From: an uncultured virus (IMG/VR IMGVR_UViG_3300009164_003041)
Lineage: Duplodnaviria; Heunggongvirae; Uroviricota; Caudoviricetes
IMG/VR virus record: IMGVR_UViG_3300009164_003041
Reading direction: 5' to 3' (one strand)
DNA length: 20,000 bases
Shown piece by piece: positions 7,851 to 14,978 of the stretch. Within the stretch, counting starts at the first letter, position 1, and the number at the start of each line of letters is the position of its first letter. The position numbers and the translations under genes were made by a program. The notes beneath the pieces are model-generated. The model was given only the letters and a program-made list of their open reading frames with translations. It searched no databases and was not told the origin of the DNA.

Positions 7851-8808
7851 ACTTGAATATTTCCCAGCAATGTTCCCATGTCCATTGCTTGCTATTCCTG
7901 ACTACTGCATTCCTGTCTAAGGTTAAACAGTAGTCAACTGCGGTAGATAGGTCGTCGGACATAAAACCCGTTACTCCCTGTTCAATTATATCTTTAGGTC
8001 CGGTAACCGGATATGCTGCTACAGGAGTTCCACACGCCATTGCTTCAATTATAACAATTCCAAAAGTATCACTGCGACTAGGAAATACAAAAACTTTAGA
8101 ATTTTTGTACCAGGTAGCTAGGTCTTCACCTACTTGTTTACCCGTAAAATGCACTGAGGGATATTTCTTTTTCAACTCGTCAAGATAGGGACCGTCTCCA
8201 ACTAGTACCTTAAAAGGATAATCTAGTTGACAGAATGCATCCAAATTCTTTTCTTTTGACACCCTAGACACACATAGAATATAGTCACCGATTTTGCGGT
8301 TGGGTTTGAACACGCTTCTATCTACGCCTCTTGTCCAGGAAATGATATCACCCCTGAATCCATGATCTTTGAGTTCATTAACCATCGTTTGTGTAGTAGT
8401 GAGTACACGACCGCTGTGTTTGTGAAACCATCTTAGATATGCATAGGTAATGAATTCCGGAACGTGATATATTTTCTTTAGGAATTCAGGGAATTTAGTA
8501 TGATAGCTAGTGTTGTATTTCCAGCCTTTGAAGTCTAACCAAACTCTTGCCGCTAATCCAATAGGACCTTCTGTAGCAATGTGTATGTGGTCAGGGGTTG
8601 CGGCTTTGATTTTAGACCCAATGTGGATCGGAAAAGACAACTTAACGTCAGGATACCCCGGTGCAGATGCATGAGTAAAATCGCTGGGATCAATATAAAC
8701 AACGTTATAACCATCCAAAGCAGCAAGCCGCTCAATATTTCTAAAAGTCGTAACAACCCCATTGATCTGTGTTCTTAGATTATCGGTTACTATTAGTATG
8801 GTTTTCAT
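7825..8808 (-). CDS. agt: GT4 glycosyltransferase, Agt-like (DAG glucosyl/glucuronosyl-transferase)
   Basis: ILIVTD…QINGVV, HIATEGPIGLAAR, SYHTKFPE, YLRWFH, WTRGVD, RVSKEKN, DTFGIVIIEAMACGTPVAAYPVTGP. Start moved to MKTILIV (8808). The GT4 call is firm. The Agt subfamily call rests on motif recall and synteny. Confidence 0.8.
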   Translation of the reverse strand: MKTILIVTDNLRTQINGVVTTFRNIERLAALDGYNVVYIDPSDFTHASAPGYPDVKLSFPIHIGSKIKAATPDHIHIATEGPIGLAARVWLDFKGWKYNTSYHTKFPEFLKKIYHVPEFITYAYLRWFHKHSGRVLTTTQTMVNELKDHGFRGDIISWTRGVDRSVFKPNRKIGDYILCVSRVSKEKNLDAFCQLDYPFKVLVGDGPYLDELKKKYPSVHFTGKQVGEDLATWYKNSKVFVFPSRSDTFGIVIIEAMACGTPVAAYPVTGPKDIIEQGVTGFMSDDLSTAVDYCLTLDRNAVVRNSKQWTWEHCWEIFKSNLIPISF

Positions 8809-9559
8809 CGGTATTGATCTTTTGCCAAACGACGATTTCCCATCGCCCATCATGATGTTCTACCAGTGCGGTACATGATTCTACCCAATCACCGTCATTC
8901 ATGTACACAATATCATTGACTGTCTTAATCTCTGCATTATGAATATGCCCGCAGATTACACCGTCATATCCTTTTCGTTTAGCGTATGCTGTAATATTTT
9001 TTTCAAATTCAAACATGAAGTCGATAGCTTTTTTAACTTTATGCTTAAGGAACTTAGACAATGACCAATAGCCAAATCCCATTCTATGTCTGATCCAGTT
9101 GAATCTGCTGTTGAGGTCCAGCACGAAATCATATGCTCGGTCACCTAAAAAACTGAGCCAAGGAGTAAGACGAGTAATTCCATCAAACAAATCGCCATGT
9201 ACTACCATGTATTTCTTGCCGTCTACGCCCAAGTGAGTTATAGTATTGCAGATTTCAACTCTACCAAAATTGGCAGCGTATGGTATCATCGGTCTTAAGA
9301 ATTCATCGTGGTTTCCTGCAACATACACGACTCTAGTATTGTGTTTGCTGTGACTAAGAATACGACGAACCACATTAGTATGTGACTGCTTCCACTTCAT
9401 CCGATTCTGTTGAATCTTCCATGCATCGATGATGTCACCTACAAGATACAGAGTCTCACAGGTATTATGTTTTAGGAAATTGTTAAGCAGGTCTGCTTTG
9501 CAGTCTTTAGCGCCCAAATGGACATCTGATATGAAGATAGTTCTGTATGTGGGTTTCAT
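8780..9559 (-). CDS. plcP: PlcP-like Mn-dependent phospholipase C (LpxH/UDP-2,3-diacylglucosamine hydrolase family metallophosphoesterase)
   Basis: YRTIFISDVHLG, LVGDIID, GNHDEFLR, HGDLFD, LGDRAYD, GYWSLS, GVICGHIH, YMNDGDWVESCTALVE match the PlcP pattern. GNHD rather than the LpxH GNRD. Overlaps the GT4 gene by 29 nt. Confidence 0.82.
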   Translation of the reverse strand: MKPTYRTIFISDVHLGAKDCKADLLNNFLKHNTCETLYLVGDIIDAWKIQQNRMKWKQSHTNVVRRILSHSKHNTRVVYVAGNHDEFLRPMIPYAANFGRVEICNTITHLGVDGKKYMVVHGDLFDGITRLTPWLSFLGDRAYDFVLDLNSRFNWIRHRMGFGYWSLSKFLKHKVKKAIDFMFEFEKNITAYAKRKGYDGVICGHIHNAEIKTVNDIVYMNDGDWVESCTALVEHHDGRWEIVVWQKINTDENHTNSNR

Positions 9560-9564
9560 GCAAT

Positions 9565-9572
9565 TATTTATC
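9565..9572 (-). promoter_or_regulatory. Putative late promoter GATAAATA (minus strand), leaderless
   Basis: TATTTATC on the + strand, 5 nt from the plcP ATG, with no SD. Confidence 0.6.
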
Positions 9573-9602
9573 AGATTTGTATTGACTTTCTTCGAAATGT
9601 AT

Positions 9603-9610
9603 GCTAAATA
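9603..9610 (+). promoter_or_regulatory. Putative late promoter GCTAAATA, near-leaderless
   Basis: 6 nt before ATG 9617, with no SD. Back-to-back with the minus-strand motif. Confidence 0.55.
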
Positions 9611-9616
9611 TGTAGT

Positions 9617-10186
9617 ATGAAGATAAAAGAACTACTAGAATCTGCCGAACCCACAGGCAGCAGTCCCATTGTCTATGTTGACATGGATGGTGTGTTGGCC
9701 GATCTCTACAATTATGCTGCGACTTTGCATGACGTAGATCACTATAACAACATGACTCCTGCACAGTGGGAGTCGTTCTTCAAAGATTCAAATGCATATC
9801 ACTTGTTTCGTGATATCAAACCATTTCCAACTGCAAATAAACTACTAAACATGGTCAAGAATTTTGCAGGCGGGTATACTATTTTGAGCAGCCCGTTGAG
9901 CTTCGATAAAGAAGGTAGCATCAAGGGTAAGCGGGAATGGTTGGCGAAGCATATCAAAGTTGCTCCCGATCAAGTTACCTTTGAACATGACAAATACAAG
10001 TATGCAGTACAACCTGACGGCACCCCCAACATTCTAATTGATGATTATGGCGTTAACATTAACGCTTGGAGGGCAGCAGGCGGTTTAGCTATCAAATATC
10101 AAGCTGATGAAGACGATTTGGAAAAAGTTGCGTACGGACTCCGAATTGCTAACAACCGCATCAATCAAGCTAAAAAAGATAAATAA
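9617..10186 (+). CDS. HAD-superfamily 5'(3')-nucleotidase-like phosphatase
   Basis: VYVDMDGVLAD (motif I), ILSSP (II), K (III), NILIDD (IV). N-terminal extension MKIKELLES. Confidence 0.88.
   Translation: MKIKELLESAEPTGSSPIVYVDMDGVLADLYNYAATLHDVDHYNNMTPAQWESFFKDSNAYHLFRDIKPFPTANKLLNMVKNFAGGYTILSSPLSFDKEGSIKGKREWLAKHIKVAPDQVTFEHDKYKYAVQPDGTPNILIDDYGVNINAWRAAGGLAIKYQADEDDLEKVAYGLRIANNRINQAKKDK
10178..10185 (+). promoter_or_regulatory. Putative late promoter GATAAATA
   Basis: Overlaps the HAD gene stop. 23 nt before ATG 10209, with a GGAG SD in between. Confidence 0.55.
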
Positions 10187-10208
10187 TGCTATATATTCGG
10201 AGATTATA

Positions 10209-11561
10209 ATGAGCGATACTAGAGACTTTTACAAGCTATTCAGAGAGCTTGAGAGCCAACATCAAGTAAACGACACTGTAGGTTTACACGACAGCTTTGA
10301 CTTAGAACTTAACGAACACTTTGTTATTGAAAGTGGTGTCGTCGGTCTAACCGAAGATGGCGTTATTATTCAGCTAGATGAAGAAGCACTAGAGTTTCTA
10401 GACTTCAGTGGTATGCTCACCGAATCCGAAGAAATTGAAGAAATGATGGTTATGGGTGCAGACTCTGATGCATCTGCTCCCGGATCTAAAACATTGGGCG
10501 AAGGTTCTAGTCAAGGTGTAGCAGACTCAATCCGTCATAGAATCCTTAATCGTCATCATGATGTTATTGCTAAGTACGGTCCTGTAAGAATCATGGCAGC
10601 TATCGAAGATCAAGCAAGCGGTCTTGACGATCTAGAAGAAATCGGTTCAAGTGACATCAGCATTTGGACTCGTCAAGTTATCGATGATCTAGAAAAGGGG
10701 TATTATGATGATATGGATATACTCCCAGTCAAGCGAGATGTAACCGAAACGTCAGCAGATTCTGACATCTTTGTTAAGGTTGTAAAGAGCGACGATCCTT
10801 TCCAAGTAGTTTATGATGGTATCTCAGGTCACTTCGGTGAAGACGCCCGCATGAAGCTACAGGACATATATGACGATGTTGTTATTGACCATGGGTTCCA
10901 CCCTGACGATGATTTTGAAAAGATCATTGATATTGTGATCGACCATATCGAAGCTGATTACGGTGAAGGTGGCTCACAAAAGCCATACTATACAGCATCA
11001 GATGACGAGCTAAACGAAATCAAAAGACTCGCTTTAGGTCAGAAAGAAGACGATCTTGAAGAAGGTTGGGGCAAGAATCTCCTAATCGGTGCTGCATTAC
11101 TTGCAGCTATTCTAGGCGGCAACAAGATGCAGTATGATTATGCTCTTAAGCATGATCCACAACTCTCAAAGCTAGTTGGTTTCCTCGAGGTTGCTCAGGA
11201 AAGAGGCGATGAAGCTAAGGTTAAAGAACTTAAAGACAGAATCAAAAAGACATACGATCACTTAGCAGTTACAGATTCACCAATTATGGGAGATGATGGT
11301 AGACCAGTTGATCCTGTATATGAAGCTGAATATCAAGGACGCAAAGTTCCTCTCGGTAAACCAATGCAGGGAGATGTCAAGAAGTCAAAGGTATACGTCA
11401 AGAAGCCAAACGGTAAAGTCGTAAAAGTAAACTTCGGTGACAAGAACATGCGTATCAAGAAGTCAAGCCCTTCACATCGTAAGAGTTTCCGCGCAAGACA
11501 TCATTGCGAGAATCCGGGTCCTAAGTGGAAGGCTAGATATTGGTCATGTCGAGCTTGGTAA
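10209..11561 (+). CDS. Acidic multi-module protein with basic C-terminal domain, probable virion/internal head protein
   Basis: 450 aa from ATG 10209. Asp/Glu-rich modules, an internal hydrophobic segment, and a C-terminal AEYQGRKV…VNFGD…RKSFRARHHC…ARYWSCRAW domain. Confidence 0.8.
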   Translation: MSDTRDFYKLFRELESQHQVNDTVGLHDSFDLELNEHFVIESGVVGLTEDGVIIQLDEEALEFLDFSGMLTESEEIEEMMVMGADSDASAPGSKTLGEGSSQGVADSIRHRILNRHHDVIAKYGPVRIMAAIEDQASGLDDLEEIGSSDISIWTRQVIDDLEKGYYDDMDILPVKRDVTETSADSDIFVKVVKSDDPFQVVYDGISGHFGEDARMKLQDIYDDVVIDHGFHPDDDFEKIIDIVIDHIEADYGEGGSQKPYYTASDDELNEIKRLALGQKEDDLEEGWGKNLLIGAALLAAILGGNKMQYDYALKHDPQLSKLVGFLEVAQERGDEAKVKELKDRIKKTYDHLAVTDSPIMGDDGRPVDPVYEAEYQGRKVPLGKPMQGDVKKSKVYVKKPNGKVVKVNFGDKNMRIKKSSPSHRKSFRARHHCENPGPKWKARYWSCRAW

Positions 11562-11586
11562 AAACTATCTGTGCTTGGATGTAGAG

Positions 11587-11594
11587 ACTAAATA
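11587..11594 (+). promoter_or_regulatory. Putative late promoter ACTAAATA, leaderless
   Basis: 5 nt before ATG 11600, with no SD. Confidence 0.55.
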
Positions 11595-11599
11595 TTATT

Positions 11600-11776
11600 A
11601 TGACTGAACAAGCACCAACCCAACCAAAAGCAGCAAAGGGCGGCGTATTTTCTAATGCCGACATTCCCTTGATTAAGTCTGCATTGCTGTCATACGCACA
11701 GACCCTTGAGAACGATCACCCAGACATGAGCAAAATCTCTTTGCTAGTCCATCGTCTAGGAAGAATCTCGGCGTAG
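11600..11776 (+). CDS. 58-aa hypothetical protein (not in ORF track)
   Basis: Hand translation: MTEQAPTQPKAAKGGVFSNADIPLIKSALLSYAQTLENDHPDMSKISLLVHRLGRISA*. Confidence 0.7.
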   Translation: MTEQAPTQPKAAKGGVFSNADIPLIKSALLSYAQTLENDHPDMSKISLLVHRLGRISA

Positions 11777-11779
11777 TGT

Positions 11780-11950
11780 ATGTCTAATCCAAGATACGAA
11801 GTAATTACTCAGGAAGACCCGGACACCGGTGACCTGATTATTCCTATCCCTATCCCCGTTCTTAAGCATTTAGGCTGGAAAGAGGGTGATGACGTTGAGA
11901 TTGACGTTGGGGAAGATGGACAAATCTATTTAAAGAAAGCAAACACATGA
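11780..11950 (+). CDS. AbrB/MazE/SpoVT-family DNA-binding protein, 56 aa (not in ORF track)
   Basis: Hand translation: MSNPRYEVITQEDPDTGDLIIPIPIPVLKHLGWKEGDDVEIDVGEDGQIYLKKANT*. Shows the IP…LGWxxGDxV signature. ATGA overlap with the next gene. Confidence 0.8.
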   Translation: MSNPRYEVITQEDPDTGDLIIPIPIPVLKHLGWKEGDDVEIDVGEDGQIYLKKANT

Positions 11951-12450
11951 TTGATGACGGAGATAGCTTAGACACTGTTACTACACTGTCTGGATTAGAT
12001 TACTGGAGTAACAATGTGACCACGAGTACTACACTGGGAAGTACCGGGTCAACTGGTACCTTGCGTACTACCTTAGGAACCGTTGGTTCAACAGGTGCTA
12101 GTAATGTTACTTGGACTACCCCCGGAACAATCACTACAGGTGGTTATATCAATACAACTGTCACTGCACCTTCTCTTACCTCAGGCAATTGGTTAGGCAA
12201 CGTTACTGTGGGCAGTCATCAGGCTGGCCTCCGAGTAGCAGGTGATGCACATTTTGATGGTGAGATTATAGTGCAAGGTGTTAAACTTGCAGATAGACTT
12301 GACAAGATCGAAGAACGCCTAGGTATTCTGCGTCCTAATGAAAAGCTAGAAGAAAAATGGGATGAGCTAAAGGCTCTCGGTGATCGTTATCGTGAGTTAG
12401 AAAAAGACATTCTTGAGAAGGAGAAGATTTGGGACTTGCTTAAGAAATGA
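11947..12450 (+). CDS. Hypothetical protein with Thr/Gly-rich N-terminus and coiled-coil C-terminus
   Basis: Low-complexity T/G/S region, then LDKIEERLGILRPNEKLEEKWDELKALGDRYRELEK. Confidence 0.8.
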   Translation: MIDDGDSLDTVTTLSGLDYWSNNVTTSTTLGSTGSTGTLRTTLGTVGSTGASNVTWTTPGTITTGGYINTTVTAPSLTSGNWLGNVTVGSHQAGLRVAGDAHFDGEIIVQGVKLADRLDKIEERLGILRPNEKLEEKWDELKALGDRYRELEKDILEKEKIWDLLKK

Positions 12451-12470
12451 GCAGGTTCGTGAGTTAATTT

Positions 12471-12686
12471 ATGGCTAAAGAAAGTACAATCAAAATAGAA
12501 GGAGATGTGATTGACGTATTACCAAACGCAACATTCAAAGTCAAGCTTGACAATGGAATGGTTGTGTTGAGTTACGTATCAGGAAAAATGCGGCAGCATG
12601 AGATTCGCATTTTGATGGGCGATAAAGTTGAAATTGAAGTAAGCCCATATGACTTATCAAGAGGCAGAATAGTTCGACGTAAGTAG
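12471..12686 (+). CDS. infA: Translation initiation factor IF-1
   Basis: MAKE…IEGxV…[13 protein letters not shown]…SGKMR…[23 protein letters not shown], full-length 71 aa. Confidence 0.96.
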   Translation: MAKESTIKIEGDVIDVLPNATFKVKLDNGMVVLSYVSGKMRQHEIRILMGDKVEIEVSPYDLSRGRIVRRK

Positions 12687-12696
12687 TCACTTTTGT

Positions 12697-12704
12697 GATA
12701 AATA
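12697..12704 (+). promoter_or_regulatory. Putative late promoter GATAAATA, leaderless
   Basis: 5 nt before ATG 12710, with no SD. Confidence 0.6.
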
Positions 12705-12709
12705 GTCTC

Positions 12710-13264
12710 ATGAGAGAATTTATCACGCTTCTTGAGGAAAAATCAAAACCCCAAGACATAGAAATCATCCCCCTTAACTTCACTGAGAGTGAGGTTTCTC
12801 CCGTTATGGGTGAAGACACCTTAGAATTACACTATAACAAATTAGCTAAGGGGTATGCACAACGCTACAATGACAAAGAAGGTGATCCTGAGTTTAACTA
12901 CGCAGGAGCGTTCTTACATAATACTTGGTTTCCTCAGTTCAGAGAAGTGAGAAACAACAACAAACCTAACGGCCCTATGCTCGGCTTCATCAACAAACAT
13001 TTTGGAAGCTACGATAAATTCAAAGATGATTTTGAAGAAGAAGCAATGAAGATTCAAGGATCAGGCTGGGCGTATCTAGCATACGATGGAAAGATCAAAA
13101 CAATCAAGAATCACGAAGTCCGAGATGACATTCTGTTGCTCGTAGACTGGTGGGAACACGCCTGGATTCTAGATTACGGTTCAGATAAGAAGAAGTATCT
13201 AAAAGAACTTTGGAAGATCATCAACTGGAACGTAGTGAATACTCGCTGGGGTAAAAGTCTATGA
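12710..13264 (+). CDS. sod: Fe/Mn superoxide dismutase family protein
   Basis: TLELHY, AFLHNTWF, FGSYDKFK, GSGWAYL, DWWEHAW. The four metal ligands (H, H, D, H) are present. Start moved to ATG 12710. Confidence 0.88.
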   Translation: MREFITLLEEKSKPQDIEIIPLNFTESEVSPVMGEDTLELHYNKLAKGYAQRYNDKEGDPEFNYAGAFLHNTWFPQFREVRNNNKPNGPMLGFINKHFGSYDKFKDDFEEEAMKIQGSGWAYLAYDGKIKTIKNHEVRDDILLLVDWWEHAWILDYGSDKKKYLKELWKIINWNVVNTRWGKSL

Positions 13265-13443
13265 ACTTAGATGAACTCAAGCGCCTAGCTGGTGTTACTG
13301 ATCACCGAGGTATTCCTACACACAGCGAACCACTTGATCGTAGCAAGATTACTGCAAGGCCCGGCACAGATGAATGGTTTAAAGCCATGTTCCCCGTGAA
13401 CGATATGCAGATGCCAGTTGGATTCAGAGGCCGCAAGAAATGA
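13261..13443 (+). CDS. Small hypothetical protein (MNLDELKRLAG…PGTDEWFKAMF)
   Basis: ATGA overlaps at both ends. Confidence 0.75.
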   Translation: MNLDELKRLAGVTDHRGIPTHSEPLDRSKITARPGTDEWFKAMFPVNDMQMPVGFRGRKK

Positions 13444-13949
13444 AACCATTATGGGAAGCAACACGAGATTTGCACCACGCATGTGAAGCGCATCCAGTCG
13501 GAGCAGCAATGTCTTCTGGAAAGCCACCTATGATTTGGTATGCAGCGTGGATTAAAGCATTATTACAAATACATTCATTTATTGACCCGCATGCTCCTAA
13601 ATCTATACAACGCACTGAAAGATTGATACAGGATGTTAATAGCGCCGGAGACGTTGCTGAGTCAGTTGCTGCAAACGACTACATAAGAACACTAGATAAC
13701 GCTAACGCTCTCTCAGGGGCTTTATACGTGCTTACAGGGGCACATCTAATGGGCGGAGAGATAATGAGACGCCGCCTTGTGGGGTATCCTACCTTACATT
13801 TGGAGTGGGACGAGCGTAAAGATGCACTAGCTGAATTACAAATTCTAAGAACAAGGGGTGAGTTAGGACAAGAAGCAAGAGATTGTTTTGCTGCATTGCT
13901 TTCGGTAATGGATGAAATACAAATTAAGTATCCATTGGATGCCGAATAA
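13440..13949 (+). CDS. Heme oxygenase-like protein
   Basis: Proximal helix LWEATRDLH, distal helix GALYVLTGAHLMGG, C-terminal EARDCF. Confidence 0.72.
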   Translation: MKPLWEATRDLHHACEAHPVGAAMSSGKPPMIWYAAWIKALLQIHSFIDPHAPKSIQRTERLIQDVNSAGDVAESVAANDYIRTLDNANALSGALYVLTGAHLMGGEIMRRRLVGYPTLHLEWDERKDALAELQILRTRGELGQEARDCFAALLSVMDEIQIKYPLDAE

Positions 13950-14974
13950 TGAGAGCCAGAGAGTTCTTACCCGAATCGGTCACTTCGTTCGGTGATCAGA
14001 TTCAATCTCAGTTAGGATTGAAGGTCTTTAACCTCCATGATCATGGAAATACTATTGAATTAGCTTCGTTGATTGTCGGTAAAGACAAGCAAGGACAAGG
14101 CTTAGGTAGCAAAGCTATGAAGATGCTGATAGATTACGCTGATGAACATGGTAAACGCATCACATTGACACCTGGATTGCAAAATAAGATACACGGAACT
14201 ACTTCTAGGGGTAGACTCGTTAAATTTTATAAGCAGTTTGGCTTCAAAGAAAGCAAAGGTAGAAACATTGATTATGCACTCGGTGCTGGAAAGATGTATC
14301 GTGATCCTAAGCTAGATGAGATGGCTCTCCCTGCACATTGGGATCCTGCTGCATTTGGGCATGACAAGTCGTTCAAGAGTCGCTTAGATTACACTCTACA
14401 GCGTGTCCGTAGACTCGGAGGCGGTTCTAGTAGAGTTGCATTCATCATTCCCGATCAGGGGCGTGAAACCGTGCTTAAAGTCGCTAAGAACCGTAAAGGA
14501 ATGGCACAGAACGAAGCCGAAGTAGATATTCTCACAGATGGTTATTTAGGTAGACTAGACATTGTTATTCCAATCGTTGACTATGATAAACTTAATCCAC
14601 AGCCCACCTGGCTTCAAACTGAGTTAGCAAATAAGGTAAGTCAGACTAAGTTAAGAAAGCTGTTACACTGCGACAAAACCAACTTAGGTATCTCACATTT
14701 CACATATGCAGTTCATAACCTTTTAGGTAGCAGGAAAAATTACATGCCTGATACAAAGAAGATCAAAGAAGACTTACTTAGCGCCGGACAAACAGAACAA
14801 GATGTTGAAATCTTCTTTGAATACGTAGATGAGGTTGCTGATTTAGTTAACTCATCAGGACTTGTAATCGATGATTTGGGAAACGCATCTAATTGGGGAG
14901 AATACAAAGGTAAACCAGTTATTATTGATTTGGGATTTACTGAAGCAATTAAACCAATGTACGCAAGAGGATAA
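13949..14974 (+). CDS. GNAT acetyltransferase fused to a protein-kinase-like domain
   Basis: N-terminal GNAT: QGQGLGSKAM…LVKFYKQFGF. From 14321, kinase fold: LGGGSSRVAF, VLKVA, QNEAE, DL-x4-NWG, VIIDLG. Confidence 0.8.
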   Translation: MRAREFLPESVTSFGDQIQSQLGLKVFNLHDHGNTIELASLIVGKDKQGQGLGSKAMKMLIDYADEHGKRITLTPGLQNKIHGTTSRGRLVKFYKQFGFKESKGRNIDYALGAGKMYRDPKLDEMALPAHWDPAAFGHDKSFKSRLDYTLQRVRRLGGGSSRVAFIIPDQGRETVLKVAKNRKGMAQNEAEVDILTDGYLGRLDIVIPIVDYDKLNPQPTWLQTELANKVSQTKLRKLLHCDKTNLGISHFTYAVHNLLGSRKNYMPDTKKIKEDLLSAGQTEQDVEIFFEYVDEVADLVNSSGLVIDDLGNASNWGEYKGKPVIIDLGFTEAIKPMYARG

Positions 14975-14978
14975 TGTC

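Noticed and set aside
8780..9559. Annotation as the lipid A enzyme LpxH
   Set aside because: It has GNHD (not GNRD), the YWSLS and GDWVESCTA motifs and a GT4 partner, all of which fit PlcP. No other lpx genes are present.
9560..9616. Pho box upstream of plcP, or a sigma70 promoter from TTGACT at 9582
   Set aside because: There is no CTGTCAT-like 11-bp direct repeat in register. TTGACT lacks a TAnnnT -10 at 16-18 bp spacing.
6439..13949. Bacterial chromosome origin suggested by infA, sod, fdxA and plcP
   Set aside because: These genes are interspersed among phage-type hypotheticals, T4-like late motifs and fibre genes, without their normal chromosomal neighbours.
767..14978. Track start codons at 767, 1041, 1292, 2919, 5865, 6364, 7578, 8853, 10107, 12695 and 14871
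   Set aside because: These are longest-ORF artefacts. Downstream ATGs have SDs, stop-start coupling or family-consistent N-termini.
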